DNA of 64,000 bases from the NCBI GenBank assembly GCA_964521125.1, contig CAZFPP010000001.1, forward strand, positions 12,439 through 76,438. Reading direction: 5' to 3'. The DNA comes from an uncultured Clostridia bacterium (lineage in GTDB: Bacteria; Bacillota; Clostridia; Christensenellales; Borkfalkiaceae). This document shows, piece by piece, positions 17,856-27,215 of the stretch (positions are counted from its first letter, which is position 1; each line of letters opens with the position of its first letter). The notes under the pieces were generated by a model. The model saw only the letters and a program-made list of their open reading frames with translations. It was not told the origin of the DNA and did no database searches. The translations under genes were made by a program, and so were the position numbers.

Positions 17856-19166
17856 ATGGCAGACAGAGAACGCAGAGGATTGGTGGCTCGGTGGTTGGAA
17901 GGAAAGGAGCGTAGCGACGATTATGTGCGCAGTACGCTTCCGTCCAGTCGTTGGGCTCTTTTTTGGGATATTTTAAAGGGAAGATTCGGAAGATTGATGC
18001 TTGTTAATCTTCTTGTTCTCATTACTTTTCTGCCGATTATCGCTATTTATTTTTGGCGGTATCTTGTTATGATGGCGCAGAACGCAAACGGTCCTTACGG
18101 AGCCGGGCTCATGATGGGCTATCCCGTTATACAGACAGATTATTTAATGGAATTAGCTCAATGGCAGGTATTTCAGTCTGATCTTTTCTTTTTCGCTCTA
18201 TTTATTCTCGGTTCGGTAATCGCGGCAGTCGGTATTTCGGGTGGAATGTATATCATCCGAAATTTGATTTGGACGGAGGGGATTTTCGTTGCCAATGATT
18301 TTCTGCGCGGGATTAAACGTAATTTTTTGAATGTACTTGAAGCGGTGGTCTTCTTTACATTGATTCTGTTTATCGTGCAGACTATGAGCAATCTTGCCGA
18401 TATGTATATTATATCCGACAATTCGTTGAAAGGTTGGATGATTGTCTCGAAGGTGGTTGGTTATATTATTGTCGTTATAGCCGCATTTATCAGTCTGTGG
18501 ATGATCTCTCTCGGAGTAAATTATAAACAGGGCGTATGGGCGTTGTTCCGTAATGCCGTCATTATGACATTCGGTACTCTTCCGCAGACGATCGTATTTG
18601 CGGTTGTCGCCTTTATCCCGTTCGCCTTATTTTTCTTAGGGTCTTTCTTTACGGTGATTGGCGTTATTCTGTTGCTTCTTATCAGTTTTTCTTATACAAT
18701 GTTAGTGTGGATGGATTACAGCCAATGGGCATTCGATAAATTCGTTAATCCGAATATTGGCGTGGCAGTTGGGCGCGGACTCTATAACAAAAACGGAAAA
18801 ACCGGCGAAAATGTCGGTTCGGAAAGTGCAAGCGTATCAGAAAGCGCGGCGTTGCGCGAATATCGTCGAATGATTGTTGCTCAGGGAAAGAGCAAGTTAG
18901 TATGCCGTCCTATAAAGCCCATCGACGACGGACTGGAAGTATATCAACTGCCCGAGTCGTTCTCCCGCGATGATTTACAGCGTTTGAAGGAAAGCAAGAA
19001 TAAGATTGAAGAAGATGTGAAAGCATACGAAGACGAGCATAAGAATGACGAGCAGTATGTGGAATATAATAAGCAGTTCGAGGAACGTGAGCGCGCGCTT
19101 GCGGAAGAAGGCGGAAAGAAAAAGAAGAAACCCAAGCATCCGCCCAAGATGCTCAATAAGAGATAG
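17856..19166 (+). CDS. polytopic membrane protein, DUF624/YesL-like, with a ~140-aa charged C-terminal tail
   Basis: 436-aa ORF. N-terminal WALFWDILKGRFGRLMLVNLLVLITFLPII resembles the DUF624 signature. Several TM segments are followed by a K/E-rich tail ending in KKKKKPKHPPKMLNKR. Confidence 0.55.
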   Translation: MADRERRGLVARWLEGKERSDDYVRSTLPSSRWALFWDILKGRFGRLMLVNLLVLITFLPIIAIYFWRYLVMMAQNANGPYGAGLMMGYPVIQTDYLMELAQWQVFQSDLFFFALFILGSVIAAVGISGGMYIIRNLIWTEGIFVANDFLRGIKRNFLNVLEAVVFFTLILFIVQTMSNLADMYIISDNSLKGWMIVSKVVGYIIVVIAAFISLWMISLGVNYKQGVWALFRNAVIMTFGTLPQTIVFAVVAFIPFALFFLGSFFTVIGVILLLLISFSYTMLVWMDYSQWAFDKFVNPNIGVAVGRGLYNKNGKTGENVGSESASVSESAALREYRRMIVAQGKSKLVCRPIKPIDDGLEVYQLPESFSRDDLQRLKESKNKIEEDVKAYEDEHKNDEQYVEYNKQFEERERALAEEGGKKKKKPKHPPKMLNKR

Positions 19167-19169
19167 ACA

Positions 19170-19901
19170 ATGACGCGGGCTTACGATTTTCTCGCCGATA
19201 AGTTTGAAGAATTAAACGACGACTGCGGCTATCTTACATGGTCGCAGTATTTTCTAAACGGATTATCTTCGGTTAGCGCAGGACGAAAAGGACTTGAACT
19301 CGGTTGCGGAAGCGGAGCGTTCAGTCGCGCGCTCTGTCGCGCTGGATATCATATGAGCGGTGCAGATATTTCCGAGGCAATGCTGTCCAAAGCGGAGTAT
19401 CTTGCGCGGGAAGAGAATCTTTCTATTTCTTTTTTCTTCGCCGACGCCGCAAATTTGATTGTACCGGAAAAATATGATTTTATCCTCTCGCCAAACGATT
19501 GTTTTAACTATATCCCTCAAAAAAAGTTAAAAACGTCGTTTCGTCGTATTGCGGCTGCGCTCAAAAAAGACGGCGTATTTTGGTTTGATATCAGTTCACC
19601 ATACAAATTAAGAGAAAAAGTTGCGAATAATATTTTTGCAGACGACAGGGAGGAGATGACTTATCTCTCTTTCAATACTCTGAAAAAAGATTTTGTCGAG
19701 ATGGATGTTACTTTGTTTCTCAGACGCGCAGACGGAGCATTTGACCGGTTTGACGAACATCATATTCAGTATATACACGAGGTGGAAAGTACTGTCTCGG
19801 CGTTGGAAGATGCGGGATTTTGCGTGCTTTCCGTTGAAGGACATCTTGGTGAGAATAAGGAAAAAAGCGATCGGCTGAATTTTATATGCAGAAAAAGGTA
19901 A
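19170..19901 (+). CDS. class I SAM-dependent methyltransferase
   Basis: Motif I LELGCGSGAFS. 243 aa. Starts 3 nt after the upstream stop. Confidence 0.8.
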   Translation: MTRAYDFLADKFEELNDDCGYLTWSQYFLNGLSSVSAGRKGLELGCGSGAFSRALCRAGYHMSGADISEAMLSKAEYLAREENLSISFFFADAANLIVPEKYDFILSPNDCFNYIPQKKLKTSFRRIAAALKKDGVFWFDISSPYKLREKVANNIFADDREEMTYLSFNTLKKDFVEMDVTLFLRRADGAFDRFDEHHIQYIHEVESTVSALEDAGFCVLSVEGHLGENKEKSDRLNFICRKR

Positions 19902-20755
19902 GCAAACTTTATAAAACGCTCATTTGGGGAAATGAAATTTCTCTTGCCGTACTTGACACAACGGCTGTCGTGCAAGAAGCGATCGATCGTCATCGCTTGT
20001 CTGCCGTCACCGCGGCGGCGTTGGGGCGGACTCTCACGGTAACTGCTTATCTTTGCAGTTGGTTAAAAGCCGAAGGAAGTACGATGTCCGTATCCATAGA
20101 CGGAGGAGGCGTTGGAGGAAAAATATCCGTTTCCGGAGACGGCGCTTTAAATATTCGCGGTTTTATAGAACACCCGGAGGCGGAGCTTCCGCTTAGAGGC
20201 GACGGAAAACTCGATGTCGGCGGATGTGTCGGCAAAGAAGGAACTCTTACCGTCATTCGAGACGACGGGGAAGGGATTCCTTTTGTGGGAACGGGCGCGC
20301 TTGTTTCCGGAGAGATCGCAGAGGATTTTTCGGCATATTTTTTGACCAGCGAACAGCGACCGACTGCTATTGCGTTGGGCGTGAAGATTGGAAGAGACGG
20401 AAATTGTCTCGGTGCAGGCGGCGTATTTTTACAGCCTTTGCCCAATGCCAGCGAGGAAAATCTTGACAAAGCGGAACAAACCATCAAACAATATTCCCGT
20501 GTTTCTACTTTGATTGAAGAAGGGGGCGCGGAGACAATATTGAAAGCATTCGGGGTAAACGAAAGCGAAGATCGCGAGATCAGATTTTGTTGCCGCTGTT
20601 CGCGAGAAAGAGCGATTCGGGCGCTTTCTTCTCTGGGCAAGGCGGAGGCGGAAAAACTTCTCAAAGACGAAGGAAGTATTTGCGTCCATTGTCATGATTG
20701 TAATACCGATTATCTTTTCGGACAAAACGATATCGATAAAATTTTCGGGAATTAG
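19886..20755 (+). CDS. hslO: Hsp33 redox-regulated chaperone
   Basis: 289-aa ORF with the C-terminal zinc centre CRCS...CVHCHDC (CxC...CxxC). Overlaps the MTase gene by 16 nt. Confidence 0.9.
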   Translation: MQKKVSKLYKTLIWGNEISLAVLDTTAVVQEAIDRHRLSAVTAAALGRTLTVTAYLCSWLKAEGSTMSVSIDGGGVGGKISVSGDGALNIRGFIEHPEAELPLRGDGKLDVGGCVGKEGTLTVIRDDGEGIPFVGTGALVSGEIAEDFSAYFLTSEQRPTAIALGVKIGRDGNCLGAGGVFLQPLPNASEENLDKAEQTIKQYSRVSTLIEEGGAETILKAFGVNESEDREIRFCCRCSRERAIRALSSLGKAEAEKLLKDEGSICVHCHDCNTDYLFGQNDIDKIFGN

Positions 20756-20757
20756 AG

Positions 20758-22395
20758 ATGAAAAAAAACGATACAGTGATCAAGCTGGATTTCAGCGATG
20801 AATTTTTCATGGAGAGCGCGGAAAAGCGGTATGAATCGGGAGATTATCTGGGAGCGCTCACTATGCTCAATAAACGTGCCGGGATGTACGAGCCGAGTGC
20901 GGATGCTTCCGCGCTTTATGGCGATATATACGAGGCGTTGGAACTCTATTCGCTATGTGCCGATTCGTGGTTCCGCTTTCTCGACACCTGTAACGAAGCC
21001 GATTTCATTGAGGGCTATGAAGGACTTGCCGTTGCTTTTATGAATATGGGTGACGATTTTCAATCGGAGCTCTATTATCGACGTGCTTACAATGTTGAAA
21101 ATCTTTCTGATTGGGTGTATCCCGAGGCGGAAAAGCCGAAACTGCGCATTGTGTATTCTGCAGATGGGGCTATCGGTAATCCCGATTTGATACAAACGGG
21201 GCTTATGTATCTTCGTACGGGAGAATTGGACAAGGCGCGCGATGCGCTTGCCGAGATTCCTCCGGAAAGTATAGATTATGCATCCGCTTCAGGACTTACT
21301 GCACTTTGTATGTTGCTTTCGGGAGACACCGAAGGGGCGGCAGCGGAATGCAGAAAGCTACTTGAAACAAAACCTGATGACGTTTCTGCACTTACAACCT
21401 ATTGCGCGGTGCTCGGTGCGCAGGGAGATACCGAAGGAGCCAAAGCAGTGGGGCGGCGTCTTGCGATATTACAGCCGGAATCCGTAGAGGATTTGTTTCG
21501 TGTCGCTACCGCACTTTGTGAGACGGGGTTAGATGAAGAAGCCTATGAGAAGCTGACGTTACTGAAAGAAAAACTCGCTTATAACGACGACGTTCTTTGG
21601 TTTCACGCGGTCGCCGCATGTAAAACGGGACGTATAGAGGAGGCGATTTTCTCTCTTGAACGCTTGACGACGGTTTATCCCCGCAAAGCGGTAGCGAAGT
21701 TCTATTTGGAACGTTTGCGCGGAGAAACGGGTGAAATGCCCGCGAGCTATTTTTATCGTTTGCCCGACGAGGAGTATAAGACGATTGCCAACTTCCTGCT
21801 TACCGCAAACGCGACGAGGTATGAGGCGGCGGAGCAATATGCCGATATTCCTGAAATAGAGGATTATTTGCGTTTGGCGTTCGATAATTTAGACGGGCGA
21901 GACGAAAAAATGCAGGCGCTTGCTTCTAAAGTGGCAATAAGATGTCGTTGCGATTATGTGGTGCGAGACGTTTTGCTGGATTATACGGCGAACGATTTGA
22001 TTAAATTTTCCATGCTTCACGATCTTGTTTTGCGCAACGAGGAAAATTCTTTCGGTGTGGTAGTTTGCAATTTGTATCGGGAATTTTTTACGCACAAAAT
22101 TGAAATTGGTTCACACAAAAATAAACAATTCATGAACGCGTTTGCAGAAGTCTATTCCAAGTACGCGCTGATCGGCGAGGAGCACGAAGAGAAACTCGTT
22201 ATCACGGCGGAAGAGGTTTACCGCTTGCTCGAAGAAGCGGGTGCGACAGATTTTTTTGAGGAACAGGAAGCGCTTTCTGCCGTTATTTTTCGTGAGGCGC
22301 GTTTAAAACGTACCGAACGCTCCATCGATAAAATCGCCGCGCTGTTCGGGGCAAACGTAAAAATCGTAAAAGAGATATTGAATTATCTGATATAG
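20758..22395 (+). CDS. uncharacterised helical-repeat (TPR-like) protein
   Basis: 545-aa soluble ORF with repeated A/L/Y-rich helical pairs (e.g. GDYLGALTMLNK, GELDKARDALAE, GDTEGAAAECRKLLE). Starts 2 nt after the hslO stop. No catalytic motif recognised. Confidence 0.55.
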   Translation: MKKNDTVIKLDFSDEFFMESAEKRYESGDYLGALTMLNKRAGMYEPSADASALYGDIYEALELYSLCADSWFRFLDTCNEADFIEGYEGLAVAFMNMGDDFQSELYYRRAYNVENLSDWVYPEAEKPKLRIVYSADGAIGNPDLIQTGLMYLRTGELDKARDALAEIPPESIDYASASGLTALCMLLSGDTEGAAAECRKLLETKPDDVSALTTYCAVLGAQGDTEGAKAVGRRLAILQPESVEDLFRVATALCETGLDEEAYEKLTLLKEKLAYNDDVLWFHAVAACKTGRIEEAIFSLERLTTVYPRKAVAKFYLERLRGETGEMPASYFYRLPDEEYKTIANFLLTANATRYEAAEQYADIPEIEDYLRLAFDNLDGRDEKMQALASKVAIRCRCDYVVRDVLLDYTANDLIKFSMLHDLVLRNEENSFGVVVCNLYREFFTHKIEIGSHKNKQFMNAFAEVYSKYALIGEEHEEKLVITAEEVYRLLEEAGATDFFEEQEALSAVIFREARLKRTERSIDKIAALFGANVKIVKEILNYLI

Positions 22396-22403
22396 GAGAT
22401 TTT

Positions 22404-23246
22404 ATGAAACCGCTTATTGATTTCGATGCGCTATTCGATGAGAAATTGTCTCGGTATATGGAGGAAAACGCTGGAAAATATACCGAGAGACAATGGGAGT
22501 CGTTGATCCCAAAACTTTATAAAAGTTTTGGCGATACCTACATTAAGAGTACAGGCAATTCTCCTAAGGGCTATTATGCCGATATGACGGATAAAGAACT
22601 TACAGAGACGTTAAAAGCGCATATTGAAAAAGGCATATCCGTCTCTGATTTTCTTTGCCGCGAATTGGAATCGCGCGGTTGTCCCGATGAGCTTTTATCC
22701 CTTTTTGACAGTGACAACGAGGAGCTTTTAACGTTTACCGTTAATATAGCCGGAGATAATCCCAAAGCTTACGACGCATATTTTGCGCTGTTGCAAAGGG
22801 ATGTAGACGGCGAAATTAAGGATGCCGTTGTAGAAGGATTAAAAGCGGGTGCAGATTTAGCCAAAGAACGTGCGCTCACGCTTTATCAGGCGAAAGTTGA
22901 TCGGGAATATATGTTGGAGATTCTTTCCCGCTGTAAAACGCGCGATGATAGAATATTCGATATTTTGTTGACGGAATTTCGAACTTCTACCGAAGATATT
23001 CCTATGCATGCAAGCTATCTCGCCGCTTACGGAGACGAGCGTGCTCTCCCCGTTTTGTTAGATTATATCGACCGAGAGGAAATTAACTATTTGGAGTTTC
23101 AGGAGCTAAAATTTGCTATTGAAGCTTTAGGCGGCGAATATACCCGTCCGCGTGATTTTACAGATGATGTCTATTTTCGGGAGATCGCAGAACAATCGCA
23201 GATCATGCCCGATTTTACCGGAAACGACAAAAAGACGGACGCATAA
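22404..23246 (+). CDS. uncharacterised protein, possibly HEAT/armadillo-like repeats
   Basis: 280-aa ORF. AGGAG overlaps the upstream stop. ERALPVLLDYID resembles a HEAT/PBS-lyase repeat. Function unknown. Confidence 0.5.
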   Translation: MKPLIDFDALFDEKLSRYMEENAGKYTERQWESLIPKLYKSFGDTYIKSTGNSPKGYYADMTDKELTETLKAHIEKGISVSDFLCRELESRGCPDELLSLFDSDNEELLTFTVNIAGDNPKAYDAYFALLQRDVDGEIKDAVVEGLKAGADLAKERALTLYQAKVDREYMLEILSRCKTRDDRIFDILLTEFRTSTEDIPMHASYLAAYGDERALPVLLDYIDREEINYLEFQELKFAIEALGGEYTRPRDFTDDVYFREIAEQSQIMPDFTGNDKKTDA

Positions 23247-23256
23247 TCTTTTTTTA

Positions 23257-23285
23257 GCATAATTTCACGTCTCGCGCCATAACAT
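23257..23285 (+). promoter_or_regulatory. candidate sigmaE-type promoter of spoIVA
   Basis: GCATAAT (23257-23263), 14-nt spacer, CATAACAT (23278-23285), against the remembered consensus ZHATAXX-14-CATACAHT. GGAGG at 23307-23311. Confidence 0.4.
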
Positions 23286-23321
23286 ATTCCAGCAAGGATA
23301 TTCGGCGGAGGCGTTTATTTT

Positions 23322-24788
23322 ATGGAAACTTACAGTGTTTATAAAGACATTGCCGCACGGACGGGCGGCGAAATTTACATCGGCGTCGTGGGACCTGTCC
23401 GTACGGGGAAATCGACGTTTATCAAAAAATTTATGGAGAAACTTGTTCTGCCCGAGGCGGAAGGCGCGAAGAAACAACGTATGACGGACGAATTACCTCA
23501 GTCAGCGGCGGGAAAAACCGTCATGACAACAGAGCCGAAATTTGTGCCCGAAGAAGCGGCGGAGATCACTGTGAAAGAAGCGACAGTGAAAGTGCGGCTT
23601 GTAGATTGCGTAGGTTTCCCCGTAGAAGGGGCGGCAGGGTTTGAGGAGGACGGCGCGCCGAGACTTGTGAAAACGCCGTGGAGCGATACGCCCGTTCCCT
23701 TCGAGGCGGCTGCGGAGGAGGGAACGCGCAGAGTAATACGCGATCATTCGACGATTGGGATTCTAATCACAACGGACGCATCGATCACCGACATTCCGCG
23801 CGCGGCATATGAGGCGGCGGAAGAAAAAGCCGCACGCGAGCTTGGTACAATCGGCAAGCCGTATGTGGTTGTGCTCAACAGCAAAAATCCTTCGGAAGCG
23901 GGAGAACTTGCGGCACGGTTGAAAGAGAAATACGGCGTTCCTGTTTTACCTTTTAACGTTGAAGAGATGACTGCGGAAGAGATCGGCTCCGTTCTTGAAC
24001 GCATACTTTATGAATTTCCTGTTCTTACAATAGACGTAGATTTACCGGATTGGGCGCGTGTGCTTGAAGCTGACAGCCCGCTTATTTCCGAGGTATTGAG
24101 CGGAATCCGCGCAGTCGCCCCGAAGATTAACAAAATGAGCGATTGCGTTCTCTTGGATACTTTATTTTCCGAAAGCACAAGGCTGTTGCCGCCGACCTCT
24201 TTAAAACTCGATCCGGCAACAGGACGCGCGAACATTCGTATCGAAGCGCAGGATGGCGCATTCTATACTGTACTGAGCGAGCAGTGCGGAGAGGAGATAA
24301 AAGATGATTTCTCCTTAATGAGCTATGTTGCGGCGCTTTCCGAGGCGAAACGGCTATATGACCGCGTCGGTCAGGCATTTAAGGATGCGCAGGAGTACGG
24401 TTACGGAATTGTCCCGCCTGAAGGGGAAGAAATGAACTTGTCTGAGCCGAAAGTCGTAAAACGAAGCGGCAGAGTCGGAGTAAACCTTCATGCGGATGCA
24501 CCGAGTTATCATATTATTCGTGTGGATCTTTCCGGGGAAGTGCGTCCCGCTATCGGCAACGAAGAACAGAGCGTTGCATTCGTCAAAGAAATTTCCGAGA
24601 ATATGGCTACCCAGCCGGACCGCGCCTGGAACACAAATATGTTCGGTAAAACATTAAAAGAGCTTTTAGGTGACGAACTGTACCTAAAAAACCGTTCCAT
24701 GGCAGAGAATGTGCAAAAGAAAATGCGGCGTACGGTCACGCGTATCGTTAATGAAGGAAAGGGCGGCGTCATCTGTATCTTATTGTAA
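23322..24788 (+). CDS. spoIVA: stage IV sporulation protein A (spore coat basement-layer ATPase)
   Basis: 488-aa ORF with the canonical SpoIVA N-terminus and Walker A, YKDIAARTGGEIYIGVVGPVRTGKSTFIKKFME. Confidence 0.95.
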   Translation: METYSVYKDIAARTGGEIYIGVVGPVRTGKSTFIKKFMEKLVLPEAEGAKKQRMTDELPQSAAGKTVMTTEPKFVPEEAAEITVKEATVKVRLVDCVGFPVEGAAGFEEDGAPRLVKTPWSDTPVPFEAAAEEGTRRVIRDHSTIGILITTDASITDIPRAAYEAAEEKAARELGTIGKPYVVVLNSKNPSEAGELAARLKEKYGVPVLPFNVEEMTAEEIGSVLERILYEFPVLTIDVDLPDWARVLEADSPLISEVLSGIRAVAPKINKMSDCVLLDTLFSESTRLLPPTSLKLDPATGRANIRIEAQDGAFYTVLSEQCGEEIKDDFSLMSYVAALSEAKRLYDRVGQAFKDAQEYGYGIVPPEGEEMNLSEPKVVKRSGRVGVNLHADAPSYHIIRVDLSGEVRPAIGNEEQSVAFVKEISENMATQPDRAWNTNMFGKTLKELLGDELYLKNRSMAENVQKKMRRTVTRIVNEGKGGVICILL

Positions 24789-24792
24789 AATA

Positions 24793-24823
24793 ATAACAAC
24801 GCCTCCCGACGGGGCGTTGTTAT
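24793..24823 (+). terminator. strong hairpin after spoIVA
   Basis: Perfect 11-bp stem ATAACAACGCC / GGCGTTGTTAT (24793-24803 / 24813-24823). No clear T-run follows. Confidence 0.55.
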
Positions 24824-25122
24824 CATGATTAACTTTCGGAAATATGTCTTACTTTTCTGCGTTTACCGATTTTCCGTGTTATTTTTGCTAAATTTCTTTA
24901 CGTATCTTTTGGGACAATGGGTAACCGGCTTGCCTGGCTGTTAGATAGGCATTGTAACTGCGGCGTCGATTGTTTTTATGTAACGGTAAAATGGAAGAAA
25001 GGAGATGAAGAAGCGCATACTAAAACAGGAATCGGGCTCACCGATTGTTAACAAATTTAATAAAATTTGTTTTTTGAATGAATTTTTTCGCAAAAAAAAG
25101 CACAAAAATTTTATTTTTGGTA

Positions 25123-25151
25123 TTGAAACTCGGCGCGGAATATAGTATAAT
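25123..25151 (+). promoter_or_regulatory. sigmaA-type promoter of the glg operon
   Basis: TTGAAA (25123-25128), 17-nt spacer, TATAAT (25146-25151). Confidence 0.6.
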
Positions 25152-25223
25152 AAACATAAGAAATTCGGGATGAAACATCCGAAACGGTATAGCGGCTACC
25201 AAAAAGCAAAAGAAGGGGGATTC

Positions 25224-27191
25224 ATGGAAAATAGCGAATGTGTACAGCAAGAGACGGATTTTCCGCTTTATTTATATCATCACGGGAAAAACGACCGTAT
25301 CTACGATATATTCGGCTCACATAAAGAAACGAGAGATGGAACAGAAGGGTATGTTTTCCGTGTGTGGGCGCCACATGCGCGGAGCGTATCTGTTGTAGGC
25401 GATTTCAACGGGTGGAATCCCGAAGCGAATATTATGAGCCGTATGGTAGACGGCGAATCGTTCGAACTATTTATTGCGGGACTTAAACAGTACGATATTT
25501 ATAAATATTGTATAACGGCAGCGGATGGCAGACAACTCATGAAAGCCGATCCGTTGGCTTTTCATGCGGAAACGGCTCCTGCAACGGCTTCCAAATTATA
25601 TGATTTAGAAGGATATTCCTGGAAAGATAAAAAATATATCAATCAGCAAAGAAAACGTAATGTATTCTCTTCGCCCATGAATATTTATGAAGTAAATCTT
25701 CTTTCTTGGAAAAAGCATGAAGACGGGAATTACTTGTCTTATAACGAACTTGCGATAGAGCTTGTTTCCTATGTGAAGGAGATGGGCTATACTCATGTAG
25801 AATTCATGCCCGTAACTGAGTTCCCATTTGAAGGCTCTTGGGGGTATCAAGTAACCGGTTATTTTGCGGTTACTTCCCGCCTTGGAACGCCGAAAGATTT
25901 TATGTGCTTGATCGATGCCTTCCATAGAGAGGGAATTGGCGTTATTCTTGATTGGGTGCCTGCGCATTTTCCGAAAGACGCACATGGATTATATGAATTT
26001 GACGGTCAGCCTCTTTATGAGAATAGTCAGTGGGACAGGATGGAGCATAAAGCATGGGGCACTCGCCGGTTCGATTACGGCAGGAATGAAGTACTCTCTT
26101 TCCTTGTTTCGAGTGCATGTTTCTTTTTTGATAAGTTCCATGTAGACGGTCTAAGAGTAGATGCCGTAGCGTCAATGCTCTATCTTGATTATGATAAGCG
26201 TCCCGGGGAATGGGTGCCGAATATTTATGGAGAGAATAAAAATCTCGAAGCAATTGCGTTTTTAAGAAAACTGAACGAGGCGGTATTCCTACGGTTTCCA
26301 AACGCATTGATGATCGCGGAAGAATCAACCGCCTGGGGACTTGTTACGAAGCCGGGGTCTGTGGGCGGTCTCGGGTTTAACTATAAATGGAATATGGGCT
26401 GGATGAACGATATGCTGTCTTATCTGAGTCTCAACCCGTTTTTCCGCATGAATAATCATAACAAGCTCACCTTCTCGATGATGTATGCATTTACAGAGAA
26501 CTATGTTTTGCCGATTTCGCATGACGAAGTCGTTCACGGAAAATGTTCTTTAATCAACAAAATGCCCGGCGAATATGAAGAAAAATTTGCGGGCGTGCGC
26601 GCATTTCTCGGTTATATGATGGCACATCCGGGCAAGAAGCTCAATTTTATGGGCTATGAATTCGGACAGTTTAAAGAATGGAATTATCAGGAAGGACTTG
26701 AATTTTTCTTGCGCGATAAATACGAATTACACGGGAAATTATCGTTGTTTGTGAAAACGCTGAATGAGTTATATAAGCAGACTCCTGCTTTTTTTGAAGT
26801 GGAGGATTCTTGGGACGGTTTCGAATGGCTCGCACCCGACGATGCCGATAGGAACGTAGTTTCCTTTATTCGCAGAGACAGAGCGGGAAACGAAGTGATT
26901 GCTCTTGTCAGTTTTTCGGGAGCGGATGCAGACGATTATCTTTTGGGTGTCAACAAGAAAGGAAAATATCGTATGCTTCTTAATACGGATGATTCAAAAT
27001 ACGGCGGAGCGGGAAGGTTGAGGAAACGGGTCTTCACGACGGTAAATCGGCCGAGCCACGGAAAACAGTATTCGTTGGCAATTTCGCTTCCCAAACTTAG
27101 TTGTCTCTACTTGGTGCAGGATAATGAACCTACCCAAAAGCAAATTAAGACGGAAAAATCGTCTCAAAAGACGAAGAAAAAAATAAATTAA
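25224..27191 (+). CDS. glgB: 1,4-alpha-glucan branching enzyme
   Basis: GH13 motifs GIGVILDWVPAHF, VDGLRVDAVASM, MIAEEST and ISHDEVVHGK. ATG at 25224 follows AGAAGGGGGA. The track start at 25170 is rejected. Confidence 0.93.
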   Translation: MENSECVQQETDFPLYLYHHGKNDRIYDIFGSHKETRDGTEGYVFRVWAPHARSVSVVGDFNGWNPEANIMSRMVDGESFELFIAGLKQYDIYKYCITAADGRQLMKADPLAFHAETAPATASKLYDLEGYSWKDKKYINQQRKRNVFSSPMNIYEVNLLSWKKHEDGNYLSYNELAIELVSYVKEMGYTHVEFMPVTEFPFEGSWGYQVTGYFAVTSRLGTPKDFMCLIDAFHREGIGVILDWVPAHFPKDAHGLYEFDGQPLYENSQWDRMEHKAWGTRRFDYGRNEVLSFLVSSACFFFDKFHVDGLRVDAVASMLYLDYDKRPGEWVPNIYGENKNLEAIAFLRKLNEAVFLRFPNALMIAEESTAWGLVTKPGSVGGLGFNYKWNMGWMNDMLSYLSLNPFFRMNNHNKLTFSMMYAFTENYVLPISHDEVVHGKCSLINKMPGEYEEKFAGVRAFLGYMMAHPGKKLNFMGYEFGQFKEWNYQEGLEFFLRDKYELHGKLSLFVKTLNELYKQTPAFFEVEDSWDGFEWLAPDDADRNVVSFIRRDRAGNEVIALVSFSGADADDYLLGVNKKGKYRMLLNTDDSKYGGAGRLRKRVFTTVNRPSHGKQYSLAISLPKLSCLYLVQDNEPTQKQIKTEKSSQKTKKKIN

Positions 27192-27215
27192 GAAAATCAT
27201 AAGGGGGCATAAATT

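Noticed and set aside
20047-20664. A 205-aa ORF antisense to hslO. There are similar long antisense ORFs at 29765-30442 (glgA), 47381-47938 (recN), 51747-52445 (ispA/folD), 4020-4613 (serC) and 16946-17402 (asd).
   Set aside because: All lie fully inside well-supported genes on the opposite strand. Their compositions are Ser/Arg/Pro- or Phe/Ile-rich and they lack RBS and start context. They are shadow frames produced by codon bias.
25005-25145. A 46-codon basic ORF (MKKRILKQESGSPIVNKFNKICFLNEFFRKKKHKNFIFGIETRRGI) with GGAG directly before the ATG.
   Set aside because: The SD-to-ATG spacing is essentially zero. The ORF runs through an AT hairpin and through the -35 and spacer of the glg promoter. 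Its composition simply mirrors AT-rich intergenic DNA.
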